Origin: an uncultured Nitrospiraceae bacterium
GTDB lineage: Bacteria; Nitrospirota; Thermodesulfovibrionia; Thermodesulfovibrionales; UBA6898
Direction: 5' to 3'
NCBI GenBank assembly: GCA_963811165.1
Contig: CAWEQH010000010.1
Span: 1,027,920-1,091,919, forward strand
DNA: 64,000 bases
Below, piece by piece: positions 9,531 through 19,403 of this stretch. The position numbers and the translations under genes were made by a program. The notes below the pieces were generated by a model, which was not told the DNA's origin, searched no databases, and worked only from the letters and a program-made list of their open reading frames with translations. Every line of letters starts with the position of its first letter. Within the stretch, counting starts at the first letter, position 1.

Positions 9531-10079
9531 ATGAGACGCTTTGATCAGACGTCCGCGACATGTCAGATATTCACCTACAAGGAAGGAATCCTGTCGGCCC
9601 TCGCCTACGACCTGAGGATCAATGTCACTTCTTTCATTGTCGAACTCGGCGATGACGACTCCCTGATCGATGCTCGATTTGACGCTGCCTCGCTTCATGT
9701 GGACTGCGCGCTGGTGGACGGCGTCGAGAGGAGGGACCTGCTGTCTGAGGCAAGCAAAAAAGATATAGACGAGAATATCCTTAAGGACGTACTCGACGCA
9801 GCGACCCACAGGTTTATTACCTTCAGTTCCGCATCAGTGACAAAAGAAGACTCGTCCTACCTGATCAAAGGGACCCTCACCCTCCATGGTATCCCGCGTG
9901 AGATGACCTTCACCGCCCGCAGTGAAGGTAACTACTACGTAGCCGAGGCGTGGCTGAACCTGCCGAAATTCAACATAAAGCCTTTTAGCGCCCTTTTCGG
10001 CGCTATCAAGATAAAACCGGACATATTCATAAGGACGGCACTTGCCCTCGAAAAAAGCTCTGCTCCTTTACTTACCTGA
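9531..10079 (+). CDS. YceI-like polyisoprenoid-binding family protein (no signal peptide seen)
   Basis: YceI-like motifs (TYKEG.LS.LAYDLRI, GTLTLHGIPREMTF). The start is uncertain (ATG 9531 or TTG 9492). Confidence 0.6.
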   Translation: MRRFDQTSATCQIFTYKEGILSALAYDLRINVTSFIVELGDDDSLIDARFDAASLHVDCALVDGVERRDLLSEASKKDIDENILKDVLDAATHRFITFSSASVTKEDSSYLIKGTLTLHGIPREMTFTARSEGNYYVAEAWLNLPKFNIKPFSALFGAIKIKPDIFIRTALALEKSSAPLLT

Positions 10080-10143
10080 ATTGCCGACCGCTATGCCTTA
10101 CGTCAAAGAGCGACCTGAACCGCCGGCCTTCATTCTGACCTTC

Positions 10144-10479
10144 TTAGAACCTCTTCACAAAAATTACGATGTAGGCGAGCGCGAGATATAAGAAAATCCC
10201 TATCAGCAAGGAAGGTATGACCCCGATCCGCGGCGTCAAAAAAATGATCGCCCCGATATATGCCAGCCATGGGAAGAGCATGATGATCAGCCCATGGGCG
10301 TAGGGGACTACCGCCTTCTGACCTGCCTCGTAATAGATAGTCAGAAACGTTATCAGCGTCATGACCGGCAGATTTGCAAAAAAAGCGGCGACCATCGTCC
10401 TTGAGTGGCTCGCGAAATAGGTGACCACGCTTATGACGGTCCCCCCGATCAGAAAATAAAGGACATATTTAATTCCCAT
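10144..10479 (-). CDS. small integral membrane protein (GlpM/DUF3147-like)
   Basis: 111 aa with four hydrophobic helices. Size and pattern resemble GlpM-type proteins as I recall them. Confidence 0.5.
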   Translation of the reverse strand: MGIKYVLYFLIGGTVISVVTYFASHSRTMVAAFFANLPVMTLITFLTIYYEAGQKAVVPYAHGLIIMLFPWLAYIGAIIFLTPRIGVIPSLLIGIFLYLALAYIVIFVKRF

Positions 10480-10645
10480 ATGAGATCAGACCTCCAAGAT
10501 AGTCAATTCTACCAGATGCAAAAGGTGAATGAAACTTGAGCTCATTAGAGGACTTTCCGTCTTCAGCCCACAGAAAAAGGAGGTGTTGCAAATATTCAAC
10601 GCCTCCTCATCGTTATAACCGGCTATAGGTTATGAACGTCTCATA

Positions 10646-11017
10646 TTACCCGTGTTTTTCGGAGGCAATACGGACGGTGTCAGCAATATATTTTCCGTCT
10701 TTCTCGTGAAACTTCACCAGCACCTTCTCGCCGGCCTTCAGGTCTTGAAACGTCTCAACCTTCTTACCCATGGCGAATTTTGTGTTATCACCTGTAATGA
10801 ATGTGATATCACCCTTCCATCTGAGAGAGGGTGATTTGTCCCGCTCTATGGACTTTACGGTCAATGTCTTGGCAGCTGCGTCAACGGCCAGCACCGGTCC
10901 TCTGACAGAGTACATCTGGTCCTTGCTGTACATCTGTTTCTCGGCGGCGCCGGCAACGCTCACGAGGGAAAACACAAAGAACATCGCCACTAATATCGCT
11001 AGGAATTTTTCCATCAT
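10646..11017 (-). CDS. small secreted protein, unknown function
   Basis: GGAGGTG followed by ATG at 11017. Signal peptide MMEKFLAILVAMFFVFSLVSVAGAA. The mature part is beta-rich (TLTVKS..., GDNTKF..., GEKVLVKF). Confidence 0.55.
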   Translation of the reverse strand: MMEKFLAILVAMFFVFSLVSVAGAAEKQMYSKDQMYSVRGPVLAVDAAAKTLTVKSIERDKSPSLRWKGDITFITGDNTKFAMGKKVETFQDLKAGEKVLVKFHEKDGKYIADTVRIASEKHG

Positions 11018-11270
11018 TTTCACCTCCATTATCCTTCCATTTCACTCCTAATCTCAATATATATCATGTTGCGCAACCTTACAACTCTAAAACACGTATT
11101 GATCTTCGATTTTCCGGCCGAAAAAAGCAAAAAAAAGAGGTTATTGCAGCGTTATTATTCGTTTTGCCCTCTTACAGGATAATGCTCCCACTCACGAAAA
11201 AATTGCGTTGGTCAAACCCTTTGCTTGATCCCTCTGCTGATTTTCGGTTACCGTATCCGATGAGGTTTTC

Positions 11271-12768
11271 ATGATACGGCCTTTCAGGATTTTTTCACTG
11301 TTCATGGGAATATTTCTTCTGGTCTCGTGGGCAGCGCCTTCGCTGCCTTCAGGGAGCGGGGTTGACGAAATAAAGAAGAGGGGCTATCTCTTATGGGGTT
11401 CCGATTCCGAGGGAGGGGCCCCGTATGTATTTCCCGATCCGAAGTGATCCTTCAAAACTCATCGGCTTCGAAGTGGACCTTGCCGATGCGATTGCAAGGG
11501 AGCTTGGGGTAAAGGCGCGACAGTCCCAAAACGCATGGGACAGCCTCATCCCCGCCTTGGACAGGGGAGATTTCGATATGGCCATGAACGGCATAGAGAT
11601 CACTCCTCAGAGGCAATCCAGGGTCCTCTTCTCCATCCCCTATTACGTCTTTACCGAACAACTCGTGGTAAGGAAGGACGACCCCGCCATTGGCGGGATC
11701 AATGATATAAAAGGCAAGAAGGTCGGCACCCTTTCAGGCACCGTGGCCCAGGAAATCCTCACCGGAATCGGCGGCGTGGATGTGAAGATATACTCCGGCC
11801 AGGTCGAGCCTTATGAAGACCTTGCCATTGGAAGGCTCGATGCCGTCTTGCTCGATCTCCCGATAGCAGCGTATTACGGAAAGACAAACCCAAAACTGAA
11901 ATATGCAGGCCCTCCGATAGGCGAGGGTTTTTACGGGATCGCAATGAGAAAAGGGGACGAGGACCTCCGAAACGAGATGGACAAAATACTGGGCAGGCTC
12001 CTTAGAACCGGAGAGCTAAAAAAGATATACGAAAAGTGGGGCCTCTGGAACGAAAAACAGGAAAAGCTTCTTCCCAAGGCAAAGGAGCCGGAGAGGTCCG
12101 TGGGTATCGAAGAGAGCAAGAAAGCGGCACTCATCACCTTTATTCCTGCGCTTCTCAAAGGGGCGGGCATAACCATTGTCATCTCTGTCGTGTCGATGGC
12201 CCTTGCGGTCTCTCTCGGTCTCTTGCTCACCGTCACCCGACTCTATGGCAGACCTCCGTTTAGCAATTTTTCAACGGCATACATCGAGCTTTACCGGGGC
12301 ACGCCGCTTCTGATACAGCTCTACATCCTCTACTACGGGCTTCCTAACATCGGTGTCTCCCTCAGCCCGCTGACGGCCGCTTTTTTGGGTCTCGGTATGA
12401 ATTACGCGGCGTATGAAGCCGAGATATACAGGGCGGGGATAATGGCGGTGCCGAATGGCCAGATGGAGGCGGCCCTCTCCCTCGGCATGCCCCAGGGGCT
12501 TGCCATAAGAAGGGTCGTACTTCCCCAGGCCCTGAGGATAGCCACTCCTGGCGTGACGAACGATTTTATTGCACTCTTTAAGGATTCTTCGCTGGTCTCG
12601 GTAATCGCGATGGTGGAGCTGACAAAGACTTACAGCATTCTCGCGGCAACCACGCTGAGGTTTTTCGAACTGGGGCTCATCGTCGCCTTCCTCTATTTTG
12701 CGATGAGCTATCCCCTCTCCTTGCTCGCAAAGCGGCTGGAAGAAAGGCTTAAGGGCTCTAAGAGATGA
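11271..12768 (+). pseudogene. polar amino-acid ABC transporter, fused periplasmic binding domain + permease; frame broken once near 11445
   Basis: A 58-codon ORF (11271-11447) encodes signal peptide + GVDEIKKRGYLLWGSDSEGGAPYVFPDPK and ends in TGA. The same protein continues in the +1 frame as ...DPSKLIGFEVDLADAIARELG (ORF 11425-12768), through an SBP domain and a HisM/GlnP-type permease (EAA-loop region ALSLGMPQGLAIRRVVLPQA). Removing one nucleotide would give a 498-aa protein. Confidence 0.7.
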
Positions 12769-13526
12769 TCACGGTAAGGGAGCTCCATAAATATTACGGA
12801 GATGATCTGCTTTTCAGGGGCCTCAATCTCGATGTCCGAAAGGGGGAAGTAGTTGCACTCATTGGCCCCTCAGGCAGCGGCAAGAGCACCTTCCTCAGAT
12901 GCATAAACGGGCTGGAATATTTCCAGAGGGGGGAGATAACGGTCGCCGGCATGAAGCTCCACGGCATTGATAGGATAAGGCCCGGGAAAGAAGACCTCGA
13001 AAATATAAGGAAGATCAGGCTAAAAGTCGGGATGGTATTTCAGCAGTTCAATCTTTTTCCGCATATGACCGCGCTCGAAAATATCATCGAGGCGCCTGTC
13101 AGGGTGCTCGGCATGGATAGAAAAGCGGCAGACGCTATGGCCCTCGGTCTTTTAAAGAGGATAAATCTCGACCATAAGACGGGAAGTTATCCTGCGGAGC
13201 TCTCGGGCGGGGAGCAGCAGAGGGTGGCCATCGCCCGTGCCCTCGCCATGACGCCCGAGGCGATGCTTTTTGATGAGCCGACGTCATCCCTTGACCCCGA
13301 GATGGTGGGGGAGGTCCTGGCGGTTATCAAAGATCTTGTTCGCGAGGGGATGACCACCGTCATCGTGACTCATGAGATGGTCTTTGCAAGGGAAGTGGCT
13401 GACAGGGTTGTGGTCTTTGATAAAGGGGAAATTGTAGAGACCGGCCCTCCCGCGGAAATCTTCACCGGCCCCAAGGCCGAAAGGACGAAGACGTTCCTTA
13501 GCAGGGTACTAAATTCGCGCCTATGA
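12765..13526 (+). CDS. amino-acid ABC transporter ATP-binding protein (GlnQ/HisP-like)
   Basis: Walker [10 protein letters not shown], signature [15 protein letters not shown], Walker [12 protein letters not shown]. There is a 4-nt overlap with the permease gene. Confidence 0.9.
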   Translation: MITVRELHKYYGDDLLFRGLNLDVRKGEVVALIGPSGSGKSTFLRCINGLEYFQRGEITVAGMKLHGIDRIRPGKEDLENIRKIRLKVGMVFQQFNLFPHMTALENIIEAPVRVLGMDRKAADAMALGLLKRINLDHKTGSYPAELSGGEQQRVAIARALAMTPEAMLFDEPTSSLDPEMVGEVLAVIKDLVREGMTTVIVTHEMVFAREVADRVVVFDKGEIVETGPPAEIFTGPKAERTKTFLSRVLNSRL

Positions 13527-14220
13527 TAGTGATCAAAATTCCCATGCTTATATAATCCCCGTAATAACGTTCCCCGATGGGAAGGGCTTTGTCTGACAGA
13601 GGTGATCGCCTTTACTCTGTCAGACTGCCCGCGTTTCCCGGCAGGACAGTCCGGTTCCCGGTCGATCCTGATTCGATCCATACCTATCATCACATTCCGG
13701 ACGTGGTAGCAGGTCTATTACCGGCCGAGAAAGCAAGGAAATTCCAACAATCACAGCCCCGTACCGCTCAGCGTCAACAACGCCTGATACCACACTCTGT
13801 AGTCATCATCTCAGGATTGAAGATTTCCGCTTATAGTAGGGAAGGTCCTTTTTTTGCTTCCTTCCTGGAACCCACACAAAAGTGCTTGTACCACAGACGC
13901 ATGGTTTCTCTTGTAAATATGCGGCGGGATTCATCTAATCTTCACCACCCTAAACTTCGAGCGTCACCCTATTTCCTCAAATTCCTGGTATCATAAACTG
14001 GTCGTTAGCGCAGTCAAATCGGGGCAGTAGGGGATGACACCACCCTTAAAATAAACTTTACCCAGGAGAAAAACTGTGAGAATCGGCTTTGGAGATATGC
14101 GCCCTTCGGGTGTTTGTCCCTTGTCTGGGTGAGTTTCAAAACGCTACTTGCATCCGCCGCGGGCGGCATCGCGCTTGTGAGGCGCGGTTGGGGTTAGAGT
14201 CTACTACAATCGAGGTGAAC

Positions 14221-15039
14221 ATGTCTGCAAAAAAAATCGCCATTATTTCCGACGCTACGGGCCAGAGCGGCCTGCATATTCTGAGGGCGGCTCTGGTGCA
14301 GTTTGAACACACCCACCCCAAGATCATGCTTTTCCACGACATTGATTCCAAGGCCGGGCTCAAAAAGGTCCTCGACCAGGCCAAGTCGGACAAGGCCCTG
14401 ATAGCTTTTACCTTTGTCAAAAAGGAGATGCGCGACTATGCGACCGCCTATTGCGTGAATAACAAGATTTTTCATCTCGACATTCTGGGCCCGCTGATCA
14501 ACAACCTCGCGGCCTATCTTCGACTGGAACCGCTCGAAACTCCGAGTCTGCTCAGAAAGGTCGATGAACGATACTTCAAACGCATCGACGCGATCGAGTA
14601 TACGTTGGGACACGACGACGGCAGGGACACCGAGCACCTCGATGGCGCGGACATCGTTATCGTCGGACTTTCGAGGACGTCCAAGACCCCGACCTCGATC
14701 TTTCTGGCCCAGGAGGGCTACAAGGTCGCCAATGTCCCGATCGTTCCGGGCATCCCCCTGCCCGAAGAGCTTTTCGAAATCGATCAGCAAAAGATCGTCT
14801 GTCTGGTAATCGATCCCGAGGTCCTTCAGAAAATCAGGAGGGTGCGCCAAGAAAAGTCCTCGCTCCCGACGAGCTACAGCGAATTCAAGAAGATCTTTGC
14901 CGAGGTCGAGTATGTCAGGGACCTCCGCAAGAAGCACCGGATCTGGAAAGTCGTCGATACTACGAACAAATCCATCGAAGAGACCGCGTGGGAAATCATC
15001 CACCATGTGTTCGGAGACCACCATGAAGAATATAATTGA
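14221..15039 (+). CDS. ppsR: pyruvate,phosphate dikinase / PEP synthase regulatory protein (PDRP/PSRP, DUF299)
   Basis: ATG at 14221. Family motifs IISDATG, HDDGRD and the P-loop-like GLSRTSKTPTS. Size is about 272 aa. Confidence 0.8.
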   Translation: MSAKKIAIISDATGQSGLHILRAALVQFEHTHPKIMLFHDIDSKAGLKKVLDQAKSDKALIAFTFVKKEMRDYATAYCVNNKIFHLDILGPLINNLAAYLRLEPLETPSLLRKVDERYFKRIDAIEYTLGHDDGRDTEHLDGADIVIVGLSRTSKTPTSIFLAQEGYKVANVPIVPGIPLPEELFEIDQQKIVCLVIDPEVLQKIRRVRQEKSSLPTSYSEFKKIFAEVEYVRDLRKKHRIWKVVDTTNKSIEETAWEIIHHVFGDHHEEYN

Positions 15040-15884
15040 TTCCGGCAAGCCGGAACTAAAATGCGCCGTGAAAACTTGAAGGCGCACGAAATCAGGAAGA
15101 GAATTGTTGCGAAGGACTGCGTGAATACGGTGATTATTCCGATGGCGTTGCTTCGAGAGGAGGCATGCGTTTCCTTAAAAAGACCGTTTTCGAAAGTTAT
15201 TTAATTACGACTCATTACGATTCACGCTCGGGTAGACCATGTGATTGCCGAAAGTACAAATATGATAAGTCTTCCCGCACGTCGGTTTGTCCGTGTAACA
15301 ATGCCGAAGAGCTTTTCTATTTCGACTTAATTATGCCACACGTAACTTCCCCCGGTCAGGTTCTCACCAACGCGGTTGTTTCCGGAAATAACTGTGTATC
15401 TATAGTAGAAATGATACGGGCTCAGTTACAAGAAAGGAACGAAAAAAGTTGTCTGACTTTTAAGCATGCCCTCTTCCCGGCACAATTCGGGGCGAAATCT
15501 ATCAGTTAGTTCTATTGATCTGAACGACTCTCGGTCCTCTCGATGCCTTCCTGTAAAGCGCACTTTAAGATTGCCGCAACTGTGTGCGGAGTACGCTTGT
15601 AAATGTAGCTCCACTGGATGTTAAGTTCTTCTAAGAATCCGCCCGCGAGAAAACGCAGCAAGGTGAGAACTTCTTGTTGCTCTCTCACTCCTGTTCATTT
15701 CTGAGGATAGTCACTTTTCAGTGGAAATAATTGTCATAGAATATCTACAGGAAGCGAAGTTCAGGAGCTTGCAATCTACCCATCGAATTCCATGCGCGAC
15801 CCCCTTTGACACCATAGGAAGAGCGTAATGACTTGTGCACGAAAATGATGATCAGCTAAAATTATACCAAGAGGTATCCAGATT

Positions 15885-16646
15885 ATGAGTGTGTTACATT
15901 TATTGATTGTGGGATCGGCAGCCGTTGCAGGAGGTGCGGTGAATGCCCTCGCTGGCGGTGGAACACTTATTACATTTCCCATGCTTACGGCTGTAGGCAT
16001 TCCGGTTGTTGCCGCAAACATAACCAATACAGTGGCACTTTGTCCCGGCTATCTTGGCGCAACCTTTGCACAAATGAAGGACCTGCGCGGACAATCTCTC
16101 CGTTTGTGGCTTCTTCTACCGGTCGGTGTGCTTGGAGGGATTGGCGGAGGGATTATACTCCTTCACACGGATAATCAAATCTTTAGAAAAATTGTGCCCT
16201 ATCTGATCATTATGGCCGTTGTCCTTATGGCCGTCCAGGATAGAGTGCGGTCATGGCTCACTCGCAGCGCAGGCAAATCAGAAAAGGTTACGTTACACGA
16301 TGCATGGTCGATATTTCCGATTCTTCCTGCCGCTATTTATGGTGGCTACTTCGGGGCCGGCGTAAGCGTGATAGTCATAGCAGCGCTCGGAGTTGTTATA
16401 GAAGACTCATTTACACGCCTCAATGCCCTCAAGCAGGCGCTCTCGTTCAGCATTAACATTGCGGCCGCAATCTTTTTTTTGTTTTCCGGACAAGTAGTAT
16501 GGTCAGCGGCGCTTATCATGGCTGTAGGGGCACTCGCCGGCGGGGCATTAGGGGGCAGGCTGGCCGGACGGATCAGTCCCTCAATGCTGAGGCGCATTGT
16601 AATCGTAATAGGTTCTGTAGTAGCCGCGATTTATATGATCCGTTAG
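15885..16646 (+). CDS. TauE/SafE (TSUP) family anion exporter
   Basis: 253 aa, polytopic. GGAVNALAGGGTLITFP N-terminal repeat motif and a matching C-terminal half. Confidence 0.8.
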   Translation: MSVLHLLIVGSAAVAGGAVNALAGGGTLITFPMLTAVGIPVVAANITNTVALCPGYLGATFAQMKDLRGQSLRLWLLLPVGVLGGIGGGIILLHTDNQIFRKIVPYLIIMAVVLMAVQDRVRSWLTRSAGKSEKVTLHDAWSIFPILPAAIYGGYFGAGVSVIVIAALGVVIEDSFTRLNALKQALSFSINIAAAIFFLFSGQVVWSAALIMAVGALAGGALGGRLAGRISPSMLRRIVIVIGSVVAAIYMIR

Positions 16647-17040
16647 GCGGGCCGGCCGCATCTCGTACAAAGATGAATAGCTACCATTGATTCATGTCAC
16701 TCGTTTACCTGACTTATGCGGCAGATCTAAGACATACCTCCTTAGTTCCTCGGAAACATTTGATACGCGTCAGCAACTTTAAATTCAGTCTGCATCAGAT
16801 TGTTAGGCTGACTTCCATATGTACACCGCAAGCTACTTGTGACATATTATTACCGAACTCTGCGGTCAATCCATTGTGCAACTAATACGTAGTTGTCGGT
16901 GCAGCCGTCAAAATAATCGTCTCAGATGCGGGGCAAAACATGCTGCGGCCAATCGTGCGGCCTTTTACACTCTATAACTTTCTGAAGACCACACCCCTCT
17001 CATCTGCTATAATTCGCTATATCACTATCGGAAACCATCA

Positions 17041-18156
17041 ATGTCTTCAGAAGGGGGGATGCCTTGGATGTTTATCATGAAAGAGTTTTATCTGTTCGGA
17101 ATGGTCATGGTTGCTTCAACTGTTTTGGGTTTGAATGCATGGGCTGAGATGCCGAAAATTACGGGCAACCCGGTCATCGATACCCCGCAGCTGCTGGATT
17201 GGCCGGCTGACCAGGGGATTGTTACTCCTAACTTAAACGATCCGACCTCAAATACTTTATTTGACTTGCACGGCATTATCTCGTCCTGCGACCTGGTGCT
17301 TTCCACGGAGGGAAACTACCACCCCGCCCTGCGTGACGTATGGCCGCTTTTTCTGGAAAAATTCAAGGACCGGCCGCTCCATAACTGCTTTTATACCACG
17401 AGTCCGCCGATTGTTATTGAGCAGATTAAGAATCATACACTGGAGTTAGGAAATCTGTATATCACCTGTATACCATCGGTTGCCGTTGCATCGAGGCTCG
17501 TCATGGATAAATTGATTCAAGCAGGATATGCTGACGGACCTGTTTACCCGCTCTACCGGGATCGCGGCGCGGTAATTCTGGTTAAGAAAGGGAATCCGAA
17601 AGAGATTCGTTCCGTCTGGGACCTCGGGCGTAAAGACGTGCGGTTTGTGACGCCGAATCCGAAGTTGGAGCCTGGCGCGTTCGAGAATTATCTCACTACC
17701 TTATACGGCATCGCGGTTCACGACAAGAAGCCCCCGAAACAGATGTCTGCTGAAGAACTGATTAACAATATTTTTAACAATGCCGACGGTGATTCTTACA
17801 AATGGCTGGCCGGCGCACGCATCCATCACCGCGATCTCCCCTGGTCTGTCGCTTATGGCAAGGCGGATGCCGCAATAATTCTCTACCATCTGGGGTTGTT
17901 CACCCTGCAGACATTTCCAGACATATTTGATATCGTACCGCTCGGCGGCACGATTGATGATCCGCATCCGCTGGAAGGAACAATGATCAGCACACGTTTC
18001 GTGGTCCGCGTCAAGGGAAATTGGTCGGCACTGCAGCTCGAAGCCAGGGAAAAACTGGTTGAGACGCTCTTGTCGGGCGACTTTTCGAAGATACTTAAAA
18101 TGCGCGGCCTCTATCGGCCCGAAGGGTTCACACCGATAGAAGGTGGAGAGAAGTAG
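17041..18156 (+). CDS. periplasmic solute-binding-like protein (PBP2, ModA/sulfate-binding-like); start uncertain
   Basis: Signal peptide (FYLFGMVMVASTVLGLNAWA). Segments such as AVILVKKGNPKEIRSVWDLGRKDVRFVTPNPK resemble type-2 periplasmic binding proteins. Alternative ATGs lie at 17068 and 17077. Confidence 0.5.
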   Translation: MSSEGGMPWMFIMKEFYLFGMVMVASTVLGLNAWAEMPKITGNPVIDTPQLLDWPADQGIVTPNLNDPTSNTLFDLHGIISSCDLVLSTEGNYHPALRDVWPLFLEKFKDRPLHNCFYTTSPPIVIEQIKNHTLELGNLYITCIPSVAVASRLVMDKLIQAGYADGPVYPLYRDRGAVILVKKGNPKEIRSVWDLGRKDVRFVTPNPKLEPGAFENYLTTLYGIAVHDKKPPKQMSAEELINNIFNNADGDSYKWLAGARIHHRDLPWSVAYGKADAAIILYHLGLFTLQTFPDIFDIVPLGGTIDDPHPLEGTMISTRFVVRVKGNWSALQLEAREKLVETLLSGDFSKILKMRGLYRPEGFTPIEGGEK

Positions 18157-18181
18157 TTCCTATGACTACGACGCGAATCCC

Positions 18182-18904
18182 TCATTTGCCTTCCTGAATT
18201 CCAGCCTTTCTCCCGATAGTTTTCACAAATTCCTCTGTCGTCACCACCGTAGCCTGTCGAGGAAAGACCTTCTCTGTCAACACACGCTGAACCTCTTTAT
18301 CCATATCGGCGCAGGCATCGGAAATAACAAAGAGCTTGTAGTCCATGTCAGCAGCCCAACGCACGGTGGAAAGGACTACTCCGCTTGAGGCGATGCCAAA
18401 TAATACGAGCGTATCAATATTTTTAGCACGTAGGATCGTTTCTAAATCGGTGGAGGTGAAGGCTCCCACGCGGCGCTTGGTAACCACTATGTCGCCCGGC
18501 TGAGCTGCGACCTTGGGATGTATCTCGGCTCCCGGAGTGCCTTCGCGCAAGCGTCCGGATTCTTTGAGGCCGGCAAAAAGCTTGTTCTGCAGACTGATCT
18601 CGGGGAAGCCGTCCCGAAACCGAACGACGACATAGATGACAGGCAGACCTGCTTTGCGCGCTTCCTTGAGGATGGCACCAGCATTCTCCAAAAGAGGTGT
18701 TTGTTCCTTCACCGGGAGCATGCCTACGATGTCGGTTTGGTAGTCCATAATCAGAACCGCGGTCCTGGCACTGTCAAAAGCAAGCTTGTCCTGCGTCTGA
18801 ATCTTCTTCCCCTCTTGTCTGTCGGCAGCTAAAACTGGGGTGACCGATGAAATCAAAAACACAGCCAATAGGGCTACCGTCAATGAGATCCTGATGATGC
18901 GCAT
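18182..18904 (-). CDS. secreted isochorismatase-family cysteine hydrolase
   Basis: Signal peptide MRIIRISLTVALLAVFLISSVTPVLAA. Isochorismatase motifs TAVLIMDYQ, VVTKRRVGAF, LVLFGIASSGVVLST and SDACAD. Confidence 0.8.
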   Translation of the reverse strand: MRIIRISLTVALLAVFLISSVTPVLAADRQEGKKIQTQDKLAFDSARTAVLIMDYQTDIVGMLPVKEQTPLLENAGAILKEARKAGLPVIYVVVRFRDGFPEISLQNKLFAGLKESGRLREGTPGAEIHPKVAAQPGDIVVTKRRVGAFTSTDLETILRAKNIDTLVLFGIASSGVVLSTVRWAADMDYKLFVISDACADMDKEVQRVLTEKVFPRQATVVTTEEFVKTIGRKAGIQEGK

Positions 18905-19403
18905 GGATTTGTCCTCCTTCTATTTGAAACAACATATCTTGTTTCGATGTAGTCCTCTTATAACATCTATGAGCAAATGATTTTAATCTCTCCTCTTCCA
19001 TAGCAGTTTAGCATTATTTTGTTGCATCAATCGTTTTTTTTCGAATGCTTCCTCCGCACAATCAGCCACCATATCAGACATGCTGATTTCTTTCGGAATC
19101 AAATGCTGTGAAGAGCGGCCATCCATCATGGCGCCCCCTTCGCCTAAATGGGCACCCCCCTAGACTATCCCCCCGGATTGTGCTATAAATCAACCGGTAT
19201 GTAAGGGTTTGTATAACCGTGTATTAACCGCCTTATCCCAACAGGGAGTAGTTTTGTGGCGGTTCTTGACAGAGACAGCCGGGCAGCCAAAGGACAGGGT
19301 CTTTGGGACACCCAGCTTTTTATCTGACTTGTTTTCGGGGGACAGATGTGATCCGTCAATTCAAGACAGGTTCTCCCGCATTACTGAAAGGAGGTACGGG
19401 GAG

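Noticed and set aside
13527-14220. 694-bp gap with ORF 13577-13996 and an 11-bp-stem hairpin (GTCTGACAGAG...CTCTGTCAGAC, 13591-13625)
   Set aside because: The ORF product is low-complexity with no start context. The hairpin has no U-tract and no second copy in the window. A nearby CAGTCCGGTT resembles the IS end core with one mismatch, which is not enough evidence to call an IS scar.
14194-15087. 297-aa ORF antisense to ppsR
   Set aside because: It lies entirely opposite a gene with clear family motifs. It is Arg/Asp/Leu-rich low-complexity translation, typical of the antisense frame of a GC-rich gene.
15165-15614. ORFs 15165-15509(+) and 15426-15614(-), and an unlisted ~56-codon minus-strand ORF ending ...ILKCALQEGIERTESRSDQ
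   Set aside because: No family motifs and poor start contexts. They may be remnants of a deleted gene, but I cannot support any call.
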